From Microthyrium microscopicum (Eukaryota), in the NCBI GenBank assembly GCA_010405405.1, contig MU004233.1, positions 251,067-315,066 on the forward strand: a stretch of DNA of 64,000 nucleotides. The letters are read 5' to 3'. Position 1 is the first letter of the stretch. Every line of letters begins with the position of its first letter. Made by a program: the position numbers and the translations under genes. The notes under the pieces are model-generated. The model worked only from the letters and a program-made list of their open reading frames with translations, was not told the origin of the DNA and made no database searches. Of the stretch, positions 12,274 through 25,210 are shown one piece after another.

Positions 12274-14370
12274 ATGAACGTCATCAAGCTCCAACGGTAA
12301 GATCCAACCACTTGACCTGGGTCCAATGCGCCGCCCACTAAACATGTCCAGCAAGTATCCGCAGTTCCCGCAAAGCGAGATCTTCTCCCTCACCGATGCT
12401 TTTCGAAAGCTCGACACCGACGACAAAGGCTATGTCGACGAGAATACCGCCGTCAAGAGTGTTCAGGCTACTGAACGGCAGCCCTACGATGTAGTGCGCC
12501 AGGCGCTAAAGGAAGTCGAACTAGACAGCTCGCGCCGTGTCGAGTTGGAAGATTATGTTGATGTATGTGGCTGGTTCAATACCACAAGTTGAGACATGTC
12601 TAACATGGATATACTGTAGTTGATTGCCAAAGTCCGCGACTCCTCTCCCGCCCAACAACGCATGACAACTGGTGGTTCGAAGCCTCCAGTTGGCGCCAAA
12701 CCAGGCCATGTACAACGAGCAAGCATTGGTGGTGGAGGTGGAAGAATTCAAGTCCAAGGATCTTCTGCCAATGTTACACATACCATCAATGAGGACGAAC
12801 GGACAGAATTCACTAGACACATCAATGCGGTTCTCGCCGGAGATGTCGATATTGGTCACAAACTTCCGTTTCCAACTGATACATTCGAGATGTTCGATGA
12901 GTGCAAAGATGGTCTTGTCTTGGCCAAATTGATCAACGACAGCGTACCAGACACCATTGATGAACGTGTTTTAAACAGACCAGGAAAGAAGATCAAGAAG
13001 CTGAATGCCTTTCACATGACTGAGAATAACAATGTTGTTATTGAATCTGCCAAGGGTATTGGATGTTCCATTGTCAACATTGGTAGTCAGGATATTATTG
13101 AAGTTCGAGAACATTTGATTCTTGGTTTGATCTGGCAGGTCATTCGACGTGGTCTGCTAGGCAAGATCGATATCAGACTTCACCCAGAGCTCTATCGACT
13201 TCTAGAGGACGATGAGACCCTGGAACAGTTTCTCCGTCTTCCTCCGGAGCAGATTTTGCTGCGATGGTTCAACTACCATCTTAAGAATGCCGGCTGGGAA
13301 CGAAGGTAAATTTCATAATATCAACCTGCAGACCGTGCTAATGCTGTCACAGAGTGGCCAATTTCTCAACCGATGTCAAGGATGGCGAGAATTACACTGT
13401 ACTGCTCAACCAACTAAAACCCGATATCTGCTCAAGAGGCCCACTACAAACCCGCGATCTTCTACAGCGCGCCGAACAAGTTCTCGACAATGCCGACAAA
13501 CTTGACTGCCGAAAATTCCTTACACCCACATCGCTAGTCGCAGGCAACCCCAAACTCAATCTCGCATTCGTCGCCAATCTCTTCAACACTCACCCCGGTC
13601 TAGACCCCATCACCGAAGAAGAAAAGGCCGATATTGAAGACTTTGATGCCGAAGGCGAGCGTGAAGCTCGTGTCTTCACTCTCTGGCTCAACTCCCTCGA
13701 TGTTCGACCAGCCGTCCAATCCTTCTTTGATGATCTTCGAGATGGCTCCATTCTCCTCCAAGCCTACGACAAAGTAATGCCTGGCACAGTCAATTGGCGC
13801 CACGTAAACAAGCCTCCCCCATCCGGCGGCGAAATGTCACGCTTCAAAGCCGTGGAAAACACAAACTACGCGGTAGAGCTCGGCAAGCAACAAAGATTTT
13901 CACTAGTTGGTATTCAGGGCGCCGATCTCACCGACGGCCAACGCATTCTCACCCTCGGTCTTGTGTGGCAGCTCATGCGTCGCGACATTGTATCTACTCT
14001 GTCCAAGCTGGCTCAGCAACTGGGCAAGCTCGAGATTACAGATAGCGACATGATCAAATGGGCCAACGACATGAGCCGCAAGGGCGGCAAGTCCTCCTCC
14101 ATTCGCAGCTTCAAAGATACACAGCTCGGTAATGGCATTTTCTTGCTGGACGTACTAAACGGCATGAAGAGCGCATATGTGGACTACGATCTAGTCGCAC
14201 AAGGCCGCAGTGATGAAGAGGCGTATATGAACGCGAAGCTGGCAATCAGTATTGCGCGCAAGATGGGAGCTACCATTTGGTTGGTGCCAGAGGATATTTG
14301 TGCCGTGCGTAGTCGATTGATTACGACATTCATTGGCTCATTGATGAACACTTATGAGAAGATGCATTAG
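12274..14370 (+). CDS. SAC6: Fimbrin (actin-bundling protein, EF-hand-like region plus 4 calponin-homology domains)
   Basis: Introns 12297-12351, 12563-12619 and 13306-13352. The sequence starts MNVIKLQRKYPQF and contains DECKDGLVLAKLIN, LILGLIWQVIR, PEQILLRWFNYHL and AISIARKMGA. Confidence 0.97.
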
Positions 14371-15446
14371 GTTACTACGGTACTTCAAGGCCAGTCGGTG
14401 GGGTAAAAGTTATAGAGCAATGGGGTAGTCTTGGGGATATAGTCTTTGAATATCACGATGAATGATATGATATGTTCTATTATATGCCGTCCAGGTTTGC
14501 TATTTCTTTAAATCACATGGTGTTGAGGCTGGCCCATTCAAATATCACCATACGATCGGTATTGTTTCTTTAGAAGCTGTCCTTGGGTGCATATTTGAGT
14601 AAGTTCTGGTAAACTCTTAAGGCCAAAATCGAATCCAGATGAGTGGCTCATCGCAAAGCGAAGAGACCATGGACATCACCGGTCAGGCTTTCGAACTCAG
14701 CGACCCGCTAGGAGTAGATCTCGCAAAGCAGTAGAGGTCGGTTCGATATGTGGATAATACAATATTCATACATGAGTGTGAGCTGCGAGGTATTGAGACT
14801 GGAATATATTTGTACATTCTCGTTTGACAATATCTTCTCGACCCATGGCCTTCTACGAAATCGTAATTGTGAGGAGCGGATACCGAGCTCTACTGTGGAC
14901 CGGGTAGATACTGTACAACTAGAAACAGAAATAGCAAGAATACTTGATATCAACAGGCGTCAGAAGCATAAAAAGCTTCCCATGCCGAAGTGACCACGAA
15001 TAATTTCAAATCCCCCCACTCATTCCAAGTCCACCGAGTCCAAAAGTGCTCGCCGCAATCCTTTTATAATTATGCAAGCTAAGAATCGAGGAAAAGATAA
15101 ATAGAAAATGGGCGCTTCCATCAATATATTGCGATCCGCCAAGTTTGAACCCCATGTGCTAATCTAGGGTTTTTGACAGGTAGCCGTTCATTCAAATGAT
15201 ACAAATATAGCCTTGCCACCAGGGGATCGTCTAATCTATTATGCCTGTGCCGCCCAAAAAAGCTCAATCGGGGATTTTAGATATAAAGATACGCGCAAGT
15301 CGATCGCTTGGTAGAAGTTTCATCACTTAACCACTTCACCAGATAATCTACTACACATAAGCCAGAAGAGACACAGACAACTACAACAGCCATACCTATC
15401 ACCTGATATACACTACTTTAGACTCTCGACGTTATCAGCATCAAGC

Positions 15447-15749
15447 ATGAAGTTCTTCATCTTCGCATCTGCTCTCCTTATTGCGGCAGTATCAGCAGAG
15501 TCCATTCCACCAAGCTGTGATAATGGCTGCAAAGTCATCGAGAAGCCCAGTTGCAGGGCAAAGACCCCAATCCCCGTAGGACTTAGTTGCAGCATCAAGA
15601 GATCAAGTGCTCACTTTTAGCTCTAGTGCCCACCCGAAAAAGTCCAAGTAGACACCGAGTGTTTGAGTAAATGCGGTGGCACACAGAAGCCAAAGGGACC
15701 AAACAAGTCAGGAATCTCAAAGCTGCCAGTGCCAGGACGGCGGATTTGA
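15447..15749 (+). CDS. Small secreted cysteine-rich protein (83 aa, 6 Cys)
   Basis: Exons 15447-15575 and 15627-15749 with a GTAGGA..CTCAC..TAG intron give MKFFIFASALLIAAVSA-ESIPPSCDNGCKVIEKPSCRAKTPIPCPPEKVQVDTECLSKCGGTQKPKGPNKSGISKLPVPGRRI*. A TATAAA box lies at ~15282. Confidence 0.85.
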
Positions 15750-16023
15750 AAGTGTGGGGTTAAGTGGTTTTACGACGTTTCTTGTATTGGTTGGTCTCGC
15801 CTGAAAAATGGGTTATTTTATACCTAAATTGGCAGGTTTCATAGGATTTTGAGCGTTATGGTAGAACAGATAGTTGTGTCATAATTCGCTATGTAGCACG
15901 CTCGAAGTCAAGATGTGTGCCTAAATAGGATTCATGCAAATGAAATCGCCCAATCAATAAGTGAACCTTCAGTGACGCCGATATTCACATTCTTTCAATA
16001 ACATCAAACTCATCAAAGCAAAC

Positions 16024-16907
16024 TCACAATCCAAATTTGTACTTCTTGATCCTCGCTCCCAGTCCCGCCAGCAAGATCACCGAAGCCGTGATCACTGACC
16101 AATGATGGATATGCAAAATACCAATATTATAGTCCGTCCAGGTAGCGGCACAGATGGTACCAGTTATCCAGACGAATAGGAAGTATCCACTCGCGCGGTG
16201 ATACTTGTATAGCTTCTTCGCATTGTCCACACCTCCATAGATCTGAGGATAGAAGAATTGGGTGGCACCAACGAACCATTGGACACAGGTGAGAATGTAG
16301 GCGACAAGTCCCATGATGGCGTGAGGAGACTTGAAACGGGTTTCTGGGTGGCTACGTTTATTGATCTCGATTATAACAAAGGCGATGAGGTACATAAGGA
16401 AGGCGAGATTGATGAGGATGGCATGGATGTATGTGCCGAGACGTTTCTGGCTCGCGGTATGGGTTGGTTGGAGAATTAGGGCGGCTTGGGTCACCAGGAG
16501 GAAGGCGGCAGAGTTCAGAAGCTGGTAGCAGTCAGAATATGCAAACACATAAAGAAGCACGATATTGTAGCTTACCGGATGAGGAGAGAAGAACAGAAGC
16601 GGATGTGAGAGGATGCCAGACCAGATAAGTGCTACGAGCTGCTTTTCGTTAGCGTTTAAACATGTCTAGATTCTTGAAGATACTGACAATCCATATTCCG
16701 GCTTGTGCAATTATTCCAGTACCTGACACCCGTTAGAAAAGAAAATATGTATTCTTGTTTTTGGTGGAACAAACCCAGAATTAAGTTGTGTTGAATCGGA
16801 GCATCTTCCTCCTGCTGGACGTCACCCGCACCTCCCAAAAGAGGAGACTGTTCGCCGTTATCAGACATGTGTCCAGAATCTTCAGATATACCAGTAGCAG
16901 ATGCCAT
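16024..16907 (-). CDS. Cytochrome b561 domain membrane protein, multi-exon
   Basis: Transmembrane helices carry the heme-ligand His motifs typical of the cytochrome b561 family: LLFSSHP, YIHAIL, FKSPHAIMG and KYHRASGY. Confidence 0.85.
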
Positions 16908-17400
16908 ACAATGGGCTCAAGAAGAAAGAGGAAGTGGTTGAGGTTGATGCGGAGAAGCAGAAGGCCTACTCGGCAAACGAATCAGATGCATGACATTACT
17001 CAGACGATGAAGCAAACGTGCATCATCGATTGGAGCTTGGGCCACCGACAGGGGTTGGCCATATCAATATGGAAAAGGGGTCGATGTTTACATTTTCTAT
17101 TTGATGGATTGGTCGATTTCCATCTTTTGAAAAGTAAAACAGTAGAAGTGACTTCATTCGTGATTGCTTGCCACAAGTACCAGTTTCATTAGTCCCAACG
17201 CCTATAGGCAGCTCCCTTCTGATAACATCGAACAAATACTTTCGAACAATATGAGTGTAACGATATTAGATAATTCTAATAGGCAATTGAAATTATAATT
17301 TACCTTAGAAATGAGACCAGACTCAAAGGCGATTGATAAGAAAAGGAAGTTCTGTAAATGTCTCTCTTGCCCTGTTCTACTATTGACCAATAGAATACTC

Positions 17401-19032
17401 TCATGGTCTGGGACAGCCACGATCTTGTACATAGGCCGCTCCTGCAGGTGAGCCCGGCGGGTAATAATAGGTAGAAGGATTAGCTGAAGCCTGTACCAGA
17501 AGACACTGACCAACATACAGCACCCAAACCGCACATGTTGGAACCGCCTGACAGACATCATAGCACGTGTCTGGAGTATATCCCTGAGAGTTGGAATTGT
17601 ATGAAGGAACATACGCAGTAACCCCGCTGACCATGTTCGAGGAAACCCGTACGGTATAAAATGCGTTGACCTGTGCGCAGAGTGGTGGCGGAGCTGGACT
17701 AGCAGAGGAAGAGATTGCCGACGAACTGGATGATGGGGCGCTACTTAAGCTTGATGACGATGTGATCGATTCTGGGATTGAGCTTGAAGATATTGGTAGG
17801 CTTGATGTTGCACTTTCTGTTGTACTAGACTGTATACTAGAGACAACACTTGAGTCTGTGGATGCTACAGTGGACGTAAGAAAGGTTGATAGTGACGGAC
17901 TCGCGGAAGACGTGGGCGCAATGGAGCTCGATGATGAAGCAGTGGTTGAGATGTCAACTGAGGACGAGCTGAATGATAGTGCGGAACTTGGAAAATCAGA
18001 AGACGAGGCGGAGCTACTAAAGTCGGAAGAGCTTGGAATTTCGGATAAAGTGGTGGAGCTACTGAATGTAGTGGAGCTTGAAAAGTCAGACGATATGGTG
18101 GAGCTGGTGATGACCGAAGGACTAGAGACTTCAGAGGACGTTGTTGAGCTGATGACATCGGAGCTGGAAGTGAGAGATGAGATTGTCGAGCTGATGGGCA
18201 TGGCACTTGAGGAAGTAGTCGATACGATAGAGCTGCTAGAGCTGCTGGTAGTACTAGATTGACATGTCTGGCACCCATCAGTACACTGAAAAAAGCCTTT
18301 GGGTTAATTTGTTGGCAAAGCTTACCAAATCATAGAAACTATAAGGACTCGCAGCATTGGTTTTGAAGTTGCCGGCAACCACAGCTGTATATAGCAAACA
18401 AGTGGAAGAGCCAAGTGCAAAGCTGAGACATGTGCTGGATTTCCTACATAGCGCTGAGCACCCAATGAGAGTAATGTCCGTTGAACTTGTTGATAGTTCA
18501 AAAGCAGTTGGCTTTTGGTTGTCATATCCTCTCACTGCACACGTGCTTGAGATAGACGCTGCCGGTGCGCTTGACGAAGTTGATTGTGAGGCAGGGATTG
18601 AGGACTTCGACGAAGAAGCTCCAAGACTCGAGATTGATGCCGGTCGTGCAGTAGACGATGTCAAACGCGTGGAAGAGGAGGCTTGAGAGACACATGTTTT
18701 ATCATAGAAAGTGTAGGGACTGGATGAAACGACGTTGACATTGCTTCCCCTGAGAAGAATTAGTGTTATGTCCCTACAATGGCAAGATTCAGCAGCGCTT
18801 ACGCGAGGACGGAGTAGAGATAGCACGCTCCGGATCCAAATGCGAAGCTTTTGCACTTTGAATCCGACTGGCATAGGGCACCACATGCAGCATATGTTGC
18901 AGCAGTAGACTGCGTGGTGACACTGTAGGCGGAAGTACCTTTGTCATAGCCTTTCAACCCACAAGAGGTCTGCTGTACGGTAACAGCAAAAGCAACAGCA
19001 ACGTAACTACAAATGAATAACGAGTGACGCAT
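17401..19032 (-). CDS. Secreted Ser/Thr-rich protein with three Apple/PAN-like Cys modules
   Basis: Signal peptide MRHSLFICSYVAVAFA, with introns at ~18802-18750 and ~18325-18268. Two similar modules read C..xGYD..C.ALC..S.C.SFA.GS..C.LY..G.....SPY.FYD..C, and a third, more divergent one is C-terminal (CYDVCQAVPTCAVW..GQCLL). The linkers are Ser-rich. Confidence 0.8.
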
Positions 19033-19834
19033 CTTGCAATATTAAAGAACGAATATAAAGAAAGTTAAACGAGAGAATTAATAAGTGAATCTTGTGTCGA
19101 GAGCATACAGACACCCACCTAAGATCTTATACCCTACTGCAAAAAAGAACATGGCTGATGTGGTTCGATGCTGTAAGGTAGCACCCCTTGAATCCTTGAT
19201 CATTCAAGGGTTTTGATAAGGCTTCTGCTGAGCGGCAGAGGGAGACGTCGCGTCGTACGGTAACGGTCGTCGGCCACACCGATCAGCCCTGTCAGGCTAG
19301 ATCGGCGCCACCACGATAGCGCTTGTTGTTTATTCAAGCCAAGTCAAGCCTCAAAACGTGCAAGAACGTGGTTTGGCCAAATCATCCTCGCAAACAATTT
19401 GTTCAGTTTTTTAGCGATTTAGTGCAGAACGGTGGTGGATGCACTCAGAAAATGTAGCTAGCAAAAAGAAATACGAGGGAATCAGGGTCCAGGATTACGT
19501 ACTTCGACAAAGAAAAGGGGACCAATATCTTGGGTTTTAGTGAGGTAGCTCACCTTCTAAAGTAATGTAATGTCCAAAAACCAACATTTCAACAGCTTTA
19601 AGCGATTTGGGCTTTCCGGTTTGGCGAAACAGACCGTCAAATATGGATGATGACAACCCTCAGCGACAACGTATGATGCCAACCTTGGAATCCAAGTGAA
19701 CGATTTCCTTCGTCCCTGAGAATGTGCCATACCTTTGCCTCACGCGTCACGGTAAACTTTATTGATCATGCTGTGGACCGGGCGATATGCTGCGTTGACT
19801 TCATAGCAAATGATTAAAATGCTGCGCTCCAATG

Positions 19835-21622
19835 TCATATATCTACCTCCATAGTCTCAGTATCCACTACGATAACGCTTTGATCTCTCGGGTGGTGGAA
19901 ATCGCTACACGAAGAGTAAACCCGTTCGAAATGATATCGTAACAGCTCTGTCCTCCTCTTCAGTATGTCAATATCCCAAGAAACATGGTCCAGTCTCTGC
20001 ATGACTTTGTTAAAGTTTGTCAGCATATTTGTAGCACACAATAACCTGAATCTGTAGAGATAGAACGTGATATGCTCCGGTGAAGCCGTATCCGATGTCA
20101 AGGCAACAGCGATGATCCAGACGAGAGTTGGATCCGGCAAGGACCAGTTCAATTCCGCAGTGGACAACAAGTGGTACAACTTATCAAGGAATAACGACGG
20201 TGGAATACGACCGCAATAACTCCTCTGAAGCCCATGAAGGAATTCCATAGCGGCTAGTCTGAATGCCTCCTGGTGGACAGACCTCTCATGGTCCAACATT
20301 GCTAGAAGGTCATGGAATATCGGTAGGATATGATTGGAGGCAAAGAAAGCATCTTGTGAGATATCTCTTTTGGAAGCCTCGGATCGAATCATGATCTGAA
20401 CTTCTCGTATGGCGTTAATGGCTCGAACCGCAGCAGCATCATTGAACACGATGGATACCATGGGATTTACAACATTGGTTTCAATCCATTGGCTAATTTG
20501 ATTATTCGAACGCTTATACCAAGCAAGGTACTTTATAGGGGCTGGGCAGCGTGTTGGAAGGTCTGTGAAGCTGCACGACACTGTCTCAATCCTACACACC
20601 TTGTGTTAGCTGATCAATCCATGAAGTTCGCTGCACATATACTGACCAGAACAACAGAGCCCATGCCCATGCGTCGGACTCAAGTGATCGTATACCGTCT
20701 CGATGTCTCATCATGCGCTGTGCGCCATCTATATGCACCTTCGCCGTGTCTGGGTCTCTCATTTGTGCCTACTTTAATCGGTCAAAAGAAACGACGCCTC
20801 TTCAGCCTTGGAAGTTGTATCTTACTGCGGAGTTTGCAAAGCTGAGCACTGCCAAAATCAAATCTACTGTTATAGAGGTATTTGGATCACAAATCTGATC
20901 CTTAAGCTTTTGGCGAGCTTTTGCAGCACATTGCAATGAGCAGTCAAATTGTCCGTTATTCCGCAAGATAGCAAGATGCCAAGAAGAAAATGACAACAGC
21001 TGGAAGAAAGCAACTGTCTCTCTGGTTCTACTGAGCAGCCCACAGCCTCTCATGGTAACAAATGGATGAAAAGAGCCTCGATATACTTGTTGAATGTTAG
21101 ACGATGACCGCTCGTCTTTCACTGACTGACTTTGTCAAAAACGGCACTTACTGTGATCAAGTGCTTCAAGCTCCTGTGCTTTCAAGGGGGCAGGGGGCTT
21201 GAAGAAGGGGTCTATACAGTTGTTCGATATCATAGTCGTAAGGCTTGCGGACCATTCAAGCCCATAGTCAACTGCGCCTCCAACTTTCGTAATTCTTCGG
21301 TAACCTTTTTGCGCTCCACTTTGCGACGAATCGCGAACCAGCTGTACTGTTACGTCAGGATTGAATGGGTCAATACTGCTCGTTCCCTTTTCAGTAGCCA
21401 CTTCGACATCGAACACAGTTTCAACATGGTCTTCGGTATAAACACAGACTTTATTTAAGCTATAATACACTATGTCAGTATGGGATCCAATTTTGTTTTT
21501 ATTGAGACCTATACCCACCGAATACACGAGACGCAGGAAGGTCTGGACTTGCTACATTTCCGTTTTCCACGTTTACAAGTAGCGCAGGCATTAATGGCTC
21601 AAGAAACTCAAACCAGAGGCAT
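19835..21622 (-). pseudogene. Zn(II)2Cys6 transcription factor with a fungal-specific C-terminal domain; two in-frame TGA stops at codons 5 and 8
   Basis: Exon 1 (21622-21519) plus exon 2 (from 21459) read MPLV*VS*AINACATCKRGKRKCSKSRPSCVSCIRLNKVCVY, a complete six-Cys cluster. The downstream exons (IDPF, HIDGAQRMMRHRDG, LLFWIE) stay open to 19835. Confidence 0.75.
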
Positions 21623-21940
21623 CACTTGGTGAGGTAATACAGCAACAAATCTTTAAAATATGAAGCGAAAAATAAATCTGGGAGGATCTTGAGGCTTGGC
21701 ATGAGAGGCAGCTTCAAAGTTACACCCAGATAGGTACCTAGGTTATACGCTGTAGCTGTATATGAATGCTGTAATGGGTATCTTGATCGGCAGGTCAATC
21801 CGAGCTCGCCGATTATGCATGCATTTATGCATGACTTAGCGCGGATCGTTAGACAGGTTGATAATCTCACTTTCTAGTCCTACTGCGTTACTCAGCATAT
21901 TGATCAGTTCTCGCATATTCCCGGGCTTTTACATCGAACA

Positions 21941-22002
21941 AGGTAGGTACCTTACCTAGGTACTTATACTTGCAAGTACCTAGGTAGGTAGGTAGGTAGG
22001 TA
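21941..22002. repeat. (TAGG)n microsatellite with a short inverted repeat
   Basis: TACCTAGGTACTT..AAGTACCTAGGTA, overlapping five TAGG units. Confidence 0.7.
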
Positions 22003-23452
22003 TCTTTCAAAATCACCACAACGTCTAGTATTTTGACAGAACATAAACTCGATTTCCTATAAGACGCTGTACAAAGATACAAAGCACGCGAATAGTAAGA
22101 CGATATGCGCCTAAGTAGAACGTAGGTTCACTTAGCTGATCTCAATATACCTAAGTTCATAACGAACTGTAAAGTGAGGAAGAGCGGTCACAGCCACTTC
22201 GAGCGATGAGCCTAGATTTTGCCGGATGAACTGGCGGCCTTGCCAGTTACAGAGTTTAGATTCGAAAGCTTTCTGTATGTCGAAAGTGAAGGGAAACCTG
22301 CAGTGTCAAAAGCAGCTTGATTCTGCAATGAACATCTCTCAAGCGTGGTCACAATATGTGCCGCGGGAGCTCTGGCCTTTCCGAGTTTGAGGCACTGGCG
22401 CAATTTGATCATGCTCTCCTCGCAATTGAAATTGTATTTTATAAGCATATTTCGAAGACTCTGGTAGATTTGAATTGTGATCATTGTCACTGGATGAGGC
22501 AAGAGGGATTGAAGTTGAAACCGTTTAGGCGCCCAACCTCCCCACGACTTTTATGAGGCGTCAAAACCTTAGCTCAATATGCAATGCTCCTTTGTAAGTT
22601 TGGAACGTATTAGGTGCCCAGGACGATTGTAGATTATTTTGGAGAGGTTAAATATTCAGATTGCTAACATATAGACCGCACCTTTCTGAAATTCTTCCTT
22701 GATTTTTTGGCACTGCTTGAAATGAATACGTTAACGCAACAATTCCAGAAATCTGCCCATTCTTTAGATATTTTCTTAGCGCCGTGTATATTTATACTCT
22801 TCAAACTGAGAAGGTAAAGCCACAGCTCCTAAGTAAACATAAACCAAAGGTCCATTGATTTCCTTTTCCAAACCATTTCCCCTTGTCTCACCAGAAACGC
22901 CACCTCGCTCTTTTGTCGCCTTACAACCACCACACCATCCGCTTACTCTGGTATACTTTGATGCACAACCGGATATTCCAGGGTCCTGCAAAGTCGACTT
23001 ACCGCAGAATGAAGGGCCAGCGCCAGCTCGGATAGGAACGCTGATAACGGCGGCTGATGTCACATTCCCAACTCTCTCACCAAAATCAAGCCTCCTGAGA
23101 GCCAAATTTGAATGCAAAAAGCAGCAAGCATGTTTCAAATCAAGGTTCGTCCAAGATCGAGTTGCCGTCACGCAGACACTGTGATTGTGTGCCCAGTCTG
23201 GTATAAGTTATGAAAGCTCGTCAACTTCTTGGCCAACTTCATCCTGCGATCAGTGCAATTGGCCTTTTCTATCTTTCTTACTCTTTCGAAAAGCCTGGGG
23301 CTTGATTCCGTTCGTTCGACTCACTTCAGTCTTTCATTAGTCCAAAGGGCCAAGGAGTACAGTCGTTAACATTGCTGGGCAATATTCTTATTCATTCTTT
23401 TTATTCTACCATTCGTTGGAAGTACAAACATAAACACTAAGACGCAAGGAAC

Positions 23453-24650
23453 ATGCATCATACATCTACCATCCTCGCGGCATTGATCGCAGCTACCCCA
23501 GCTCTAGCATTCACCAACGGTTCATTAGTACCCCCGTACATTTGCAATCCCACTGCAGATGGTCTTCCAAAATCATTTGGTATGCCTGCGTACATCACTT
23601 CGCAATCTTCTCGGTTCCTAACGACTCCCAGGTCAACTTCTCCAGTTCACCCGTGAACAAACTCCAACCGTCGCATTCAGCACAAATGGTCAGTGTCTAT
23701 GTCTTTCTTACTCGGCCATTTCATAAGACTAACGATACTCAGCCGGCCAAAATGTCAAAGGCCCCCAGCTCGCTCAACAGGGCAACTCCAAGATTGGCAA
23801 CTCTGCCTTCATCCTGGCCTCTATGCACGACAGTCCCAACAACATCACCTCCATCAACCAAGGAATAGTCGTCAAAGTTGCCAACAACGGCGCCATTGAA
23901 GCTGGCAAAGCTAATCAGCTCATGCTTAACTCTGGCACCGCCAACGTAGCTCTCAAAGGTGCTCTGCTATACGGCCAAGATAGTACTGGCACACGACAAG
24001 GAAGCTTCACAGACAAAGGAGGTGCAAATATCTTCGTTGCGTTTCCTGGCTGTGGAAAGAATCCCCAGGGTCAGATCTCTGGTGTGATTCAGCAGACTGG
24101 CATATCTGCTACTGTAAGTTCCAATCATGATTCTAGAATTGGAGTCTAGTACTGATCTCCATAGTCTACATATAACAATCTTTTCTACAATGCGCCTGCT
24201 TGCGTACCCGGAAATAGCATCACACTTGCCGGTCTCTCCGTGACTGGAAAGGGCTTTGGCACCTGGAAGTATACCTTCAAAGTCACCGGATCCAACTGTG
24301 CCGCCAGTTCAGGCAGCACAGGAAGTACTGGGGCTGCTAGTAGCTCCGTAAATGCTGGTAACAGTGGCAACGCTGCGGCCACAGGAGCCACCGGCAACAG
24401 TGGAAGCTCTACAAAGACTGCCAGCTCCAGCACCTCCAGCAGCACTTCCAAGACCGGTGCGACCAAAGCAGCAAAGCAGAGCAAATCAGGCAAAAAGCCG
24501 TGTAAATCGTCCGGTTCTTCTAACAGCACCCTCTCCAACGCAAAAGCCAATGGTACGCACTCAGCTGCCGGGAAGGGAAAACACCATGGAGGCAAACATA
24601 ACAGCACTTCTACTGCGAAGAAAACGACTTCAAATCCACTTTACGTATAG
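23453..24650 (+). CDS. Secreted protein with a Reeler-like domain and a Ser/Thr/Gly/Lys-rich tail, 4 exons
   Basis: Signal peptide MHHTSTILAALIAATPALA. The core LKGALLYGQDSTGTRQGSF..FPGC..GVIQ..YNAP..ITLAGLSV resembles the Reeler pattern (FKGFLLQAR..VGSF..C..VTH..W.AP). The C-terminus is low complexity. Confidence 0.7.
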
Positions 24651-25210
24651 CAGCAGTTTGAAAAGAGGGATTGGCGCTGCACGATCAAGAGGAGGGTTGA
24701 GTGTGGTAAATCAGTGTATTATTAGCAACGAGGTTCGCAGGATGCGAAATGAAACAAAATATTGTTTATTGCCAAAAGAAACGGCGGGTCAGTATTCCTG
24801 ACGTGATCCTATCATTTCTATTGTTTGGAAACATTTCTCAGGGGAGGTGAGTTGGTGAAACGAATGGTTTCAGCCATTGATGATGTTGCAAATTAATATT
24901 TTTACCAACCTCATGGACATCGTCAGCAATGCGATAGCAATGTTTCCAGTCAAAAAATGAAAGGGTCATCGACGGGGTTTATTCTTCAGATATGCAGAAA
25001 AGTCATTGTATTCCTTGCCTGCAAGCTTTTCGAATATTACCTATTGCATTGGTCTCAAAAGTGCCTAAGCATTCACAATGCAATCTACCTCCTAGTACAT
25101 TAAAGCATCATATCTCCAAAATGAGATGTGCTCATATCTCACTAAAACATCCAGTTTAAGCTGATCACTCCAAGCATCCAGGCCTTCACCCCTACTGAAG
25201 CCGCAATCAA

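Noticed and set aside
12326..12351. ORF-track start for fimbrin (MRRPLNMSS)
   Set aside because: It lies in intron 1. The spliced start at 12274 gives the typical MNVIKLQRKYP N-terminus.
17666..18262. 198-aa acidic plus-strand ORF
   Set aside because: It is the antisense shadow of the Ser-rich stalk of the Apple-domain gene.
22100..23200. Short overlapping ORFs on both strands
   Set aside because: No recognisable domain or convincing start. Treated as intergenic.
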